Source of the DNA: an uncultured Methanosarcinales archaeon
Lineage (GTDB): Archaea > Nanobdellota > Nanobdellia > Woesearchaeales > CAZOXR01
DNA: 61,770 bases
Assembly: GCA_964566535.1 (NCBI GenBank)
Contig: CAZMIO010000006.1
Location: forward strand, 1-61,770
Direction: 5' to 3'
Below, piece by piece: positions 28,683 through 38,497 of this stretch (within the stretch, counting starts at the first letter, position 1; each line of letters opens with the position of its first letter). The notes under the pieces were generated by a model, which did not search any database, was not told the origin of the DNA, and worked only from the letters and a program-made list of their open reading frames with translations. The position numbers and the translations under genes were made by a program.

Positions 28683-29174
28683 ATGCCTTCTGTGAATAAG
28701 CCAACACAGGTTATTTTAGTTACTAGTAGGGCTGATACTAATATTCTTGGGAAGGACGTTGTTAAGGACAACATTATAACAGTTGCATGGCATATGCCTA
28801 CTTCATTTGAGCCTTTCTTGTATGCTGTTTCTATTGGAAAGACTCGGTTTTCTGCTAAATTGATATCTCAGTCTAAGGGTTTTGTTGTTAACTTTATATC
28901 ATATGAACTGAAGGAGAAAGCAGTGCTTGTTGGAACTAAAAGTGGGGAACATTTGGATAAGTTTGTTGATTCTGGATTTACTAAAGAGGACTCTGAGAAG
29001 ATTGATTGTCCACGGATAAAAGAAGCTATGGGTTATGTTGAATGTGAAGTTATTGATGAGATTGAGACTGGTGATCATATTATCTATATCGGTAAAGTGG
29101 TACATTCTGAAGAGAAAACAGTTGGTCAAAGATTATTGCAAGGGGGGCATTCTGATTTTACGACTACGATATGA
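28683..29174 (+). CDS. Flavin reductase-like FMN-binding protein
   Basis: NIITVAW..PTSFEP, FVVN, GTKSG..DKF, ECEV....TGDH. Confidence 0.92.
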   Translation: MPSVNKPTQVILVTSRADTNILGKDVVKDNIITVAWHMPTSFEPFLYAVSIGKTRFSAKLISQSKGFVVNFISYELKEKAVLVGTKSGEHLDKFVDSGFTKEDSEKIDCPRIKEAMGYVECEVIDEIETGDHIIYIGKVVHSEEKTVGQRLLQGGHSDFTTTI

Positions 29175-29383
29175 CTGATAATAAATTAAAGGAATTGGCG
29201 GAGTCTCTTAAGAAGACTGGTTTAGCACTTACGGATGCTGAGGCTTTTGAGAAAGCTAGAGGGATGATTGAGACTGAAAATAAGGTTGAGAAGGTTGTTA
29301 ATGAGAAAGGGGTTAAGAAAGGTAAATTGATTCCTGGGTTTGATGAGGATAAGCCGATAAGCGAAGTTCTTGATGAAGATTGA
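29171..29383 (+). CDS. Hypothetical protein, 70 aa
   Basis: ATGA overlap with the upstream gene. Confidence 0.7.
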   Translation: MTDNKLKELAESLKKTGLALTDAEAFEKARGMIETENKVEKVVNEKGVKKGKLIPGFDEDKPISEVLDED

Positions 29384-29453
29384 AGTTAAATTGTTACTGT
29401 TAAGTAGTTAAGATTAGAAAGATTTATATAGGCCAAATTGTTCTAACGTTGCT

Positions 29454-30509
29454 ATGGAATTATCAAAGTTAGTAAATTCAGGACTAGATTATTTACATGA
29501 TAGGTATGAATCTATAAGTGCAAATAGAGAACTATTGGTAAATAGGGCTCGTGCAAGTATATCATTAGGAGTGGTATTAGCTAGTCTACATATTGGTTGT
29601 TCCCTGAACTATTTTGCTAATAATCCAGATGAACCCGATGATACTGTGGCTGAATCGGTAAGGACTACTAATACTCTTGATCTTACTAGATATGGGATTC
29701 CTGAGCAAGTTGAAATACATGGAGAGATTGAATATGGTGAACTTGGAGAGAAAGGTGTTATAATTATTTTTGGTGAGGACCATGGTTCACTTGAAGGACA
29801 ACTATCTGTAGTAAAGTCTGTACATCATTTGATAGAAGCAGGTATTACTGACCATATTCTTATTGAAGATGTTGTTAAAGACTGCAGTCTGTCTGACAGT
29901 AGTTATAACTTAGATGGGCCTATACGTGATTCGTTAGCTGATTTAGAAAAATGGAGAGTTTCTTGGTTGGATGATTCTACTTCTGAAGTTACTGATCAAA
30001 GAGATGAGCTTGATGACAAAATTAAGGAATATATAATGGAGTTTGGAGTGACTCTTGTACTAGAAATAATGTACAGGGATAGATTAAATATGCAAGGGAT
30101 AGAGGATTTTGATTTAAGGGAGAAGGCCCTTATACCTTATCAAGAAGGGTACAGAATAAATGAACAAGTGGATGTGCTTACAAAGATGCCAGAGGAGTAT
30201 GAGGGATCAATGTATGGAGATGTACCTACTACAATAAGTAGATTACGAGAAACAATGTCTGACTTAGCGGAAAAATTACGAAAAGCAAATGGTGCTAGAA
30301 ATGAACATTATGCAGGTCAAACTAGTGAATATATGGCAGAAATTGGCAGTTTGGTTTCTGTTGTGAATTTGGGAGATTATCATGTTGGAGCGACTGCTGA
30401 TTTCCTACAAAAGATGGGTCACCCTGTGATTAGAGTAACTCCTCATGGAATGGATGTTGAAAACGCGGATATGGTTGCAAGGTATGAGGCGGATGTAGTT
30501 GGTGAATAA
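29454..30509 (+). CDS. Membrane-anchored protein with TIKI/TraB/ChaN/EreA-like motifs
   Basis: IIFGEDHG, ILIED, ARNEHY, VNLGDYHV in the expected order; N-terminal hydrophobic segment followed by Cys. Confidence 0.55.
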   Translation: MELSKLVNSGLDYLHDRYESISANRELLVNRARASISLGVVLASLHIGCSLNYFANNPDEPDDTVAESVRTTNTLDLTRYGIPEQVEIHGEIEYGELGEKGVIIIFGEDHGSLEGQLSVVKSVHHLIEAGITDHILIEDVVKDCSLSDSSYNLDGPIRDSLADLEKWRVSWLDDSTSEVTDQRDELDDKIKEYIMEFGVTLVLEIMYRDRLNMQGIEDFDLREKALIPYQEGYRINEQVDVLTKMPEEYEGSMYGDVPTTISRLRETMSDLAEKLRKANGARNEHYAGQTSEYMAEIGSLVSVVNLGDYHVGATADFLQKMGHPVIRVTPHGMDVENADMVARYEADVVGE

Positions 30510-30631
30510 TCTTGTGGATGTTTTGAAGTCATCATAACTCTTATATATAGTACTGGATTCTTTGCTTGATATAGGTGAAAATAGTAAACTTTATATATAA
30601 TTGATTACCACTGTATAATAAAGACAAATTT

Positions 30632-32743
30632 ATGGTTTTACAAAAAATGGTTAAAAAATTACTACTATATATGGTGATGTTATTTGTTTTAGTTAGCGGA
30701 GTGAGTGCTGCTTTGGACGTTAGTGGTGATTCTAGCTTAACTATTGCTGATCTAGCAACATCTGTTGATGTAAGTTTAACTTTGACAAATGATGCTGTTG
30801 ATGATATAACAGTTACTGGTTTTGAGATAATTGGATTTGAATTATCACAATATACTATTCCTGCTGATAAATTCAGCTTTGATCCTGCTACTTTAACACT
30901 TGTACAGGATGTTTCCCAGGATACTACGTTGACAGTTGATTTAACTGGAACAAATGCTTTTGCTGGTACATATACTGGACAAATAAATGTTACAACTGAT
31001 GATGAAGCAATCTTTAATGAATATGACTTTAGTGTTGTTGTTAGTGAAGCTCCAAGTTTAACTGCTTCAGATGTTTCTTTTAGTGCTGTTCAAGGACAGT
31101 CAGGGGAAGCTACTCTAACTTTAACTAATGGTGGGAATACAGATATTGATGCTACTTTGACTTCACCGCTTACTTTAACAAGCACAACTGATCCTAGTAA
31201 TACAATTGATGTTACAATTGCTGATGGATCATTAACTGTTGATTATGGTACAGATAATACAACTACAATTTCAGTTGATGTTGCAACTGATGCTCCTGTT
31301 GAAACTTACACTGGAACTTTAAATGTTGGTGGGGATTCCCCTATTGATGTAGAAGTTTCGCTTACCGTTGTTGCTGAATCATTTAGTATTAATGTTACAG
31401 ATGTTCTTTTTAATGATGTTGACTGGGAAGAAACAGTTACTAAAACAGTTACAATTGAGAATGATGGAAATTCAGATTTAACTGGTATTACTCTTTCAAG
31501 TACAATTCATGCTAAGTACAAGCTTAGTTTTAATGTAACTGAAGCTTTTGATTTAGCTGCAGGTGAGACTAAAGATGTTGTTATTAGTGTTTTTGTTCCT
31601 AAGGATCAGAGAATTGGCACTAGGTCTATAGGGGATGTTGGTGTTGAGACTGACCAAGATGATTTTACATTCCCACTTTCAATGCATGTTACTGAGAAAT
31701 TGGTAATTTCAGACTTTGAAGTTATTGTTGATAAGAATATCGATGGAGAAAGGAAAACAGATAATGATGTTAAGGATGGCGATAAAATCAATGAAATTGC
31801 AAGACCTGGTTCTAAGGTTGAGTTTGAGTTTAAGCTTAGGAATCAATTTGATAGCGGTTCTGATATTGAGATAAAGAATATTAAGATTGAAATCAAATCA
31901 GATGATATTGGTGAGGATGGTATTGATGTTGAACTTGATGATGAATTTGATATTGAGGCTGATGAAGATTCAAACAGAAAGACAGTTGAATTCTTTATTC
32001 CTTTGATCGTAGAGAAAGAGACATACGATGTTGAGATTCATATTGAGGGTGAAGATAAGAACGATAAAACTCATGAGATTGACATGATTGTAAAGTTAGA
32101 AGTTGATAAGAAAACTCACGATGTTATAATTCACGAAGCTAGGTTATTATCGGACACTGTAGAGTGTGAAAGAAAAACAAGTCTTATTGTTGAACTGATG
32201 AATATTGGGGATACAAATGAGGACAGGGTTAAGTTAGATGTTAAGAACAGTGCTTTAGGTATTGATTATTCACAGACTAAGATAAAGATTGATGAGGCTA
32301 ATGATCCAGATGAAATAATTGAACTTAGCATTCCTATTGAAGTTGATGATGATGTTGATGAGGGAAATTATCCTTTGACATTGAAGGCTTATTATAGAGA
32401 TACAATTTTAGATAATAGTAGGATAATTGATTTTAATGTTGAAGATTGTAGTGTGGTTCAGAATACAGTAGATAACACAACTGTTAATTCAGGTGATGAT
32501 GATCCTGATGATGATTCTTTAGAAACTACAAATACTACAACTACTACTCCCACAACTACTGATGATGGTGAAGGGATTGATTTAGTTTTGGATGGAGTTC
32601 CAACTGATGGCGATTTTGATGAATCAGTAGAAGGTTCAGTGAACTTAGGTTATGTATTTACGTTGTTATTTGTTAATTTGATTGTAATTGTTGGAATACT
32701 TGGAATGGTTTATCGGTCTTTGATGAAAGGTCCTGAGCTTTAG
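30632..32743 (+). CDS. Acidic S-layer-like surface protein with Ig/CARDB-like domains, Thr-rich linker and C-terminal TM
   Basis: Signal peptide, repeated beta-sandwich motifs (LTN.GN, GTYTG), C-terminal hydrophobic helix. Confidence 0.85.
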   Translation: MVLQKMVKKLLLYMVMLFVLVSGVSAALDVSGDSSLTIADLATSVDVSLTLTNDAVDDITVTGFEIIGFELSQYTIPADKFSFDPATLTLVQDVSQDTTLTVDLTGTNAFAGTYTGQINVTTDDEAIFNEYDFSVVVSEAPSLTASDVSFSAVQGQSGEATLTLTNGGNTDIDATLTSPLTLTSTTDPSNTIDVTIADGSLTVDYGTDNTTTISVDVATDAPVETYTGTLNVGGDSPIDVEVSLTVVAESFSINVTDVLFNDVDWEETVTKTVTIENDGNSDLTGITLSSTIHAKYKLSFNVTEAFDLAAGETKDVVISVFVPKDQRIGTRSIGDVGVETDQDDFTFPLSMHVTEKLVISDFEVIVDKNIDGERKTDNDVKDGDKINEIARPGSKVEFEFKLRNQFDSGSDIEIKNIKIEIKSDDIGEDGIDVELDDEFDIEADEDSNRKTVEFFIPLIVEKETYDVEIHIEGEDKNDKTHEIDMIVKLEVDKKTHDVIIHEARLLSDTVECERKTSLIVELMNIGDTNEDRVKLDVKNSALGIDYSQTKIKIDEANDPDEIIELSIPIEVDDDVDEGNYPLTLKAYYRDTILDNSRIIDFNVEDCSVVQNTVDNTTVNSGDDDPDDDSLETTNTTTTTPTTTDDGEGIDLVLDGVPTDGDFDESVEGSVNLGYVFTLLFVNLIVIVGILGMVYRSLMKGPEL

Positions 32744-33009
32744 TTTTCAATTTCGTTTATTTCTTTTAACTTTTCGTTGTTTAGGCTGCAATGTTGTTCT
32801 CCAACTGATTTTTTATTGATTAGAATATCTTTTTTGAACAAATCTGAAATTGCTTCATCAACAACTTTTTGTCCTCTTAGATGTCTTGGGACACAATTTT
32901 TTAAATGGATTGTTTCTGTGTGTGCACCACCGTATTTTTTCTTGTTCTTAAGCATCCTGATTATTTTTCTTTGGATGAACTTCATTTCTTTGATATCTAT
33001 TTTTGTCAT
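32740..33009 (-). CDS. Small basic winged-helix-like protein, ~89 aa (start revised to MTKIDI)
   Basis: YGGAHTE..HL...VP...AISDL.K..IL..K......HCSLN pattern; basic composition. Confidence 0.65.
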   Translation of the reverse strand: MTKIDIKEMKFIQRKIIRMLKNKKKYGGAHTETIHLKNCVPRHLRGQKVVDEAISDLFKKDILINKKSVGEQHCSLNNEKLKEINEIEN

Positions 33010-33104
33010 ATTGGCTACATGGTGGTGCCTGTTTATATGTGTATGTTGCAAATTAGTAATACTTATATTACATTATAGAAACATTTAAATATTAGTTATG
33101 CCCT

Positions 33105-33431
33105 ATGATTGATATGCACGATGAAATAACATTGTTTAGAGAATTATTTGGGGATACGCCCAAAATAAGGGTGTTGGAGTACTTATTGGAAGGACGCGAA
33201 TTAGACCATTCTATAGGAGATATTGCAGAGGGAGCATGTATCAATAGGGTTACGTTGTTTAGAATGTGGGATGAAATAATGAAATCAAAGATAATAGTAC
33301 ATACAAGGGACATAGGTAATGCTAAATTATACAAACTCAATATGACCAATCCTTATGTTAAGATTTTAGTTGATCTTTTTGATAAAATAATAAATGTTGA
33401 TTTTCAAGAAGTTAAGGAAGTTGAAGTTTAG
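33105..33431 (+). CDS. Winged-helix (ArsR-like) transcription regulator
   Basis: FGDTPKIRVLEYLL..., SIGDIAEGACINRVTL, TRDIGNAKLYKLN. Confidence 0.85.
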   Translation: MIDMHDEITLFRELFGDTPKIRVLEYLLEGRELDHSIGDIAEGACINRVTLFRMWDEIMKSKIIVHTRDIGNAKLYKLNMTNPYVKILVDLFDKIINVDFQEVKEVEV

Positions 33432-33440
33432 AGTTATATT

Positions 33441-33599
33441 ATGATAAAGGAAGCTGAATTGGATGAAGATTTATTGTTATCCTTAGTTAAAGGTCTTGAA
33501 GATGTTAAGGATGGAAGAATAAAACCTTGGAAGAAATCTATTTATCATCAACTTTGTCACACATTGGTGCGGAATAATTCTTTACTTTTTGTAATATAG
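33441..33599 (+). pseudogene. Possible antitoxin-like fragment (MIKEAELDEDLLLSLVKGLEDVKDGRIKPWKK...)
   Basis: Manual translation; GLEDVK.GRI resembles antitoxin C-termini; the tail looks non-coding. Confidence 0.4.
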
Positions 33600-33682
33600 T
33601 TTAGAATGTATAAATGTTTTTATATGGGTGTTATGTTTCTTAGGTTATACTATTTATTATAAGGATAATGAGGTGGATTTGG

Positions 33683-36600
33683 ATGGAAAAAAAAGGTTTG
33701 ATTAAAAATATGGTTTCTAGATTTATGGTTATGGTAGTTATGATTTCACTTGTTAGTGGGATGGTGTTTGGTGCTCCTAGTATTAATGTTGTTACTCCTG
33801 TGGCCGATGATTATTGGGCTGGAACACAGACTATAACATGGACTTCTTCTGAAATGCTTGCATCCTATGAATTCTTTGTTTGGGTACGATTGAATGATAG
33901 TGCAGGAACTGAATATGCTGTAGATGTTACTGGTTTAGGATTTGAGTCAACCGAAGCGGAATGGGATACTACAACATTTGTTGATGGAAGATATAATGTA
34001 AGGGTTGGTGCTTATGAGGGTGGAAGTAATTTTATTACAGAAGCATTTTCAGGTGTGATGTTTGTTGATAATACGCCTCCTTCAGTTATCTCTATCACTA
34101 CTTTGGATACAGATGGTGATGGTAATGTAGATACTGCTTCAATTGTTTTTGATGAATCTATTGATGATTCAACTTTTGATGCTGCTGATTTTTCAATAGG
34201 TGGAAGTCCTGGAACTGAATTTTCTGGCACTTCTGATGATAGTACTCTAGATGTTACTGTTAGTGGTGTAACTGGTACTGATGTTAAAGATGTTACATAT
34301 ACAAAGAATCTTGGGGCTGGTGCTGATTTAGCTGGTGCTTTGGTTACTGATATTGCTACAGGTGATATTACTGAGGTTGATAGTGCTGCTCCTGTTATTA
34401 CTGTCGCTTCAACTATAGATGCTGATGCAGATGGTTCCATTGATGGTTATGCAATAACCTTTAGTGAAAATGTTGATGATGGTACATTAAATATTGGACT
34501 TCTGTCTATTGGTTCAGAAACAAACCCAGTTTATGTAACTGGAACTGGTGATGATTCATCAGCTACAATAACATTTGATGATGGAACTTCTGATACAGCT
34601 ACAACTCCTGACATTACAACTTCTGGTGCTGGTTTGATTGATGATTTTGCAACAACTCCTGTTTCAATGGTACAAATTGCTGCTGATACTATAACAGAAA
34701 CTGATGGTGCAGCACCTGCTTTACTTACTGCAGTTGCTTCAGACAATACAAATGATATTGATGGTATTGATTCAGATGATACAGTTGTTTTAACATTTAG
34801 TGAAGCAATTTCTGATCCTTCAATTACTAATTTAAATATTGATACAATATTGGGGCTTGGAGGTAGTTCTTGGTTAGATGACTCAAGTGCCATTGGATCT
34901 GCTGTTTGGAGTTCTGATACTATTACAGTAACCTTAAACGATTTTTCGGGTAGTTTACCAGATGTTGCTGTTGGAGATACGATTACCCCTACTAGTGTAA
35001 TTACTGATGGAACAAATGCTATGGGTGGAGATACAGCAACAATAAGTGGGAACTTTGATGATATAACTGCTCCTGAAATTTCTTCAGCATCTACAGTTGA
35101 TGCTGATGGTGATGGAGATATAGATGGATATTTATTAACATTTGATGAAGGTATTGATGATAGTACTTTTGATGATACGAATCTTGCTATTGCGGGGCAA
35201 TCTACTTTTGCGTTTGATACAGGTAATACTCCCGATGATAGCACAGGAACAATTACATTTACTGATGGGGTGTCTAATTCTGGTGTGATACCTGATTTAA
35301 CAACTTCAGCTGCTGGGTTATTTGATGACCTTGCAAGTATAGGCGGTCCAAATGAAATGTTGACTGTGGGAACAGGTGCTATCACTGAAACTGATGGTGC
35401 TGCTCCAGTAATTACTGCTGCGTCAACTGTTGATGCTGATGCAGATGGAACTATTGATGGTTATGATATTACATTTAGTGAAGATGTTGATGATAGCTCA
35501 GTTGACTTGAATGTATTATCTATTGGTTCAGAAACAAATCCAGTTTATGTAACTGGTACAGATGATGATTCATCAGCTACAATAACATTTGATGATGGAA
35601 CTTCTGATACAGCTGCAACTCCTGACATTACAACTTCTGGTGCTGGTTTGATTGATGATCTTGCTACTACACCAAATGAAATGGCTCAGATTGCAACAGG
35701 AGATATTACAGAAACTGATGGTGCTGCTCCTGCTTTATTATCTGCTATTACAGGAGATTCTCAGACTGGAGATAGTACAGCTACTACAAAGGTTTTAGCA
35801 ATTTTTAGTGAAGATTTAGATGCTACAACAATTGCCACAGCAGATATTTTAGTAGATAATGTTGAACCGGACACAGAATCAGAAGTTGCTGCAGGCGTTG
35901 TCGAATTAACAATGGGAAGTGCATTGTCCACTTCTGATACTCCTATTATATCTATTAGTAATAATGGGATGGAAGATAATACTCCTGCTGGTAATACTAT
36001 AACGAGTGGAAGTGTTACAGCATCAGATGGGTTATCGCCATCCCTAACTTCAGCAACTTTTACAGATATAAATACTTTAACTGTTGTATTGAGTGAAGCA
36101 GTAACTGCTGTCGAAGGTGATTTTACAAGCATTACTTCAGATACTGGAGGTAATACTGCAGATAGTTTGACTGGAAGTGGGACAACTACTATTATAATTA
36201 CATTAGGAACAACTTTAACTGCAACAGATGATACAGGAACTTTTGATATTGGTGCTGGAATTTATGATAGCTCTGATAATAATTATGCAGCTTCAGTAGG
36301 AGATACTATTGCTGATGGAGTTGCTCCAACATTTTCTGTTACGTATGATAAAACAAGTCCTGTTCCAGCTGGAACTTTGCAGATAACTGTTGTTGCGAGT
36401 GAAACATTAGGGGCTGAACCAACTTTAAGTCTTGATCAACAAGGATCAACTGACGTTGCTGATGTGGCAACTACTTGTGGTAGTCCTTTTACAAGCTGTA
36501 CTTATGATTATACGGTTATGACAGCTAATGGTGGTACGTATATTGATGGATCTGCAAGTGTCACAGTTAGCGGTGCTGATGATGATGCAAATGCAGCTAC

Positions 36601-38062
36601 TGATGTGACACCTACTTCAGGAGATACCTTTACTATTGATACAACCTTACCAGTAGTTGATGTTACTTATCCTGATGGAGGAGAATTTTTTAATGATACT
36701 TCTGTTGAAACTATAACATGGACTGCGTCAGATACTAATCTTGATGCCAATTCAATTAATCTTTCATATTATGATGGAAGTGTATGGGTAATTATAGCAA
36801 CAAGTGAAGCAAATGATGGTTCTTATGATTGGACTGTCCCATCACTTGATATTAGTACTGCTTTAATTAGAGTAACTGCTGAAGATGATGCAGGAAATAC
36901 TGGAACTTCAGATAGTGCTGCAACATTCACTATTGACTCAACTGATCCAGCAGTTAGTGTTGTTGAACCAAACGGTGATGAAGTATTAAAAGGTGGAAAC
37001 GATTTCTTAATTGAATGGACAGTATCAGATACTAACCTAGAAACTACTCCAATTACAATTGAATATTATGATGGTGCAAGTTGGCAAAGTGTTGCATCTG
37101 GTTTAACTGGAACTTCATATACTTGGACTGTTCCAAATGAAGATTTATTAAATGCATTGATCAGAGTATCTGCTATTGATAAAGCAGGCAACTCCGGAAG
37201 TGATGATAGTGATGCAGACTTCACAATTGACTCAACAGCACCTTCAATTTCTTCTGAGGCCGTTGTTACTTCATCTAAGGTAGGAGATGCAATACCAATA
37301 AATGCAACAATAGTAGATCTGATAAGTGGCTTAAATGTGACTGAAATATACTTGAATTACTTTGATGGAACAACTTTGACATCATTAACGATGGCTAATG
37401 CTACTGATGCAGCATCTAGATTTAACGCAACAATTCCGGCACCTGCTGACAATGGGACCATAGTCTATAACCTTTCAGCAAAGGATATAGCAGGGAATGA
37501 ACAAATAACTACAACTTATTCAATAACTGTGAAGGATTTTGTCTTGAGTTTGAGTGCAGGTTGGAATCTAGTGTCTGTTCCAAAAACATTGAATGATGCT
37601 ACTAAAACAATTGTGTTTGATGATGATAAGACCTGGTATTATGACATTGGGGTAAGTGATTGGGATGAACCTACTACAATCAATCCTGGATATGGTTATT
37701 GGGTAAATTCGAGCGAAATGGACTTAAGTCTTAATTATGCGGTTGCTGAAGGTCAGGGTTGGGTACCTCCAAGTATAACAATACAAGATGGATGGAATCT
37801 AATGGGACATATGTGTCCTACTGCTCAGGATATTGATGAGATGACTTCGCTTTATGATGATGCGAAGTATATCTACAACTATGGAGCGAATGGATTTGGA
37901 TTCTGTTCTAAAGACCCTGTTGGTGGTACTTGGAGTTGTGATAGTAATTATTACAGTAATCATGCTGTAGCAGGAGAAAGACTAGAACCCGGAAAAGGAT
38001 ATTGGATCTCTTTTAAGGAAGAAGCAGGAGATACCTATACACATGGTTGTTCAGAACAATGA
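33683..38062 (+). CDS. Giant acidic Ig-repeat surface protein (~1459 aa) ending in two GWNL motifs, no C-terminal TM
   Basis: Signal peptide; repeated T.DAD.DG.IDGY..TF.E units; GAGGTG SD before ATG 33683. Confidence 0.9.
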   Translation: MEKKGLIKNMVSRFMVMVVMISLVSGMVFGAPSINVVTPVADDYWAGTQTITWTSSEMLASYEFFVWVRLNDSAGTEYAVDVTGLGFESTEAEWDTTTFVDGRYNVRVGAYEGGSNFITEAFSGVMFVDNTPPSVISITTLDTDGDGNVDTASIVFDESIDDSTFDAADFSIGGSPGTEFSGTSDDSTLDVTVSGVTGTDVKDVTYTKNLGAGADLAGALVTDIATGDITEVDSAAPVITVASTIDADADGSIDGYAITFSENVDDGTLNIGLLSIGSETNPVYVTGTGDDSSATITFDDGTSDTATTPDITTSGAGLIDDFATTPVSMVQIAADTITETDGAAPALLTAVASDNTNDIDGIDSDDTVVLTFSEAISDPSITNLNIDTILGLGGSSWLDDSSAIGSAVWSSDTITVTLNDFSGSLPDVAVGDTITPTSVITDGTNAMGGDTATISGNFDDITAPEISSASTVDADGDGDIDGYLLTFDEGIDDSTFDDTNLAIAGQSTFAFDTGNTPDDSTGTITFTDGVSNSGVIPDLTTSAAGLFDDLASIGGPNEMLTVGTGAITETDGAAPVITAASTVDADADGTIDGYDITFSEDVDDSSVDLNVLSIGSETNPVYVTGTDDDSSATITFDDGTSDTAATPDITTSGAGLIDDLATTPNEMAQIATGDITETDGAAPALLSAITGDSQTGDSTATTKVLAIFSEDLDATTIATADILVDNVEPDTESEVAAGVVELTMGSALSTSDTPIISISNNGMEDNTPAGNTITSGSVTASDGLSPSLTSATFTDINTLTVVLSEAVTAVEGDFTSITSDTGGNTADSLTGSGTTTIIITLGTTLTATDDTGTFDIGAGIYDSSDNNYAASVGDTIADGVAPTFSVTYDKTSPVPAGTLQITVVASETLGAEPTLSLDQQGSTDVADVATTCGSPFTSCTYDYTVMTANGGTYIDGSASVTVSGADDDANAATDVTPTSGDTFTIDTTLPVVDVTYPDGGEFFNDTSVETITWTASDTNLDANSINLSYYDGSVWVIIATSEANDGSYDWTVPSLDISTALIRVTAEDDAGNTGTSDSAATFTIDSTDPAVSVVEPNGDEVLKGGNDFLIEWTVSDTNLETTPITIEYYDGASWQSVASGLTGTSYTWTVPNEDLLNALIRVSAIDKAGNSGSDDSDADFTIDSTAPSISSEAVVTSSKVGDAIPINATIVDLISGLNVTEIYLNYFDGTTLTSLTMANATDAASRFNATIPAPADNGTIVYNLSAKDIAGNEQITTTYSITVKDFVLSLSAGWNLVSVPKTLNDATKTIVFDDDKTWYYDIGVSDWDEPTTINPGYGYWVNSSEMDLSLNYAVAEGQGWVPPSITIQDGWNLMGHMCPTAQDIDEMTSLYDDAKYIYNYGANGFGFCSKDPVGGTWSCDSNYYSNHAVAGERLEPGKGYWISFKEEAGDTYTHGCSEQ

Positions 38063-38469
38063 AGGGACTTTTTTTAATTTTTTTTTTAATTATTTTGAGC
38101 TTTAGTCTAGTTTATGGGACTCCTCAGTTGCCTTTAACTGTTGATGGGCAAGTTGTAATCAATGGCAATACTGCAAAATCTGGAACTAAAGTTGAATTAA
38201 AAATTGATGAGAAGGTTGTAAAAACTCTTGAGATTGGTAAGAACGGAAGGTTTGTAACTCCCATTGAAGGTTCATCTGGAGATGTTGTTGAGATTTATGT
38301 TAATGGAATAAAGTCTTCTGAAGTTATATTTGAACATGGAAAAATTGAGAAAATTAACTTAGATGTTGAAGATTATAGATTACTTTATATTTTAGGTGGT
38401 ATTTTGTTTGTAGTTATTGTAGGGGTTGTATGGTTTGCTAAATTTCGAAAGATATATAAAAGGAATTAA
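38059..38469 (+). CDS. Small membrane-anchored exported protein, 136 aa (start revised to MKGLF)
   Basis: ATGA overlap; signal peptide, one PQLP..VDG.V.ING domain, TM and basic tail. Confidence 0.8.
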   Translation: MKGLFLIFFLIILSFSLVYGTPQLPLTVDGQVVINGNTAKSGTKVELKIDEKVVKTLEIGKNGRFVTPIEGSSGDVVEIYVNGIKSSEVIFEHGKIEKINLDVEDYRLLYILGGILFVVIVGVVWFAKFRKIYKRN

Positions 38470-38497
38470 AAATTCTTATTCAGAGTGGTTAAAAAAG

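Noticed and set aside
34012..36132. Long antisense ORFs (142, 284, 123 aa) and similar ones at 39292-39999 and 45433-46065
   Set aside because: Shadows of biased-codon surface-protein genes on the opposite strand
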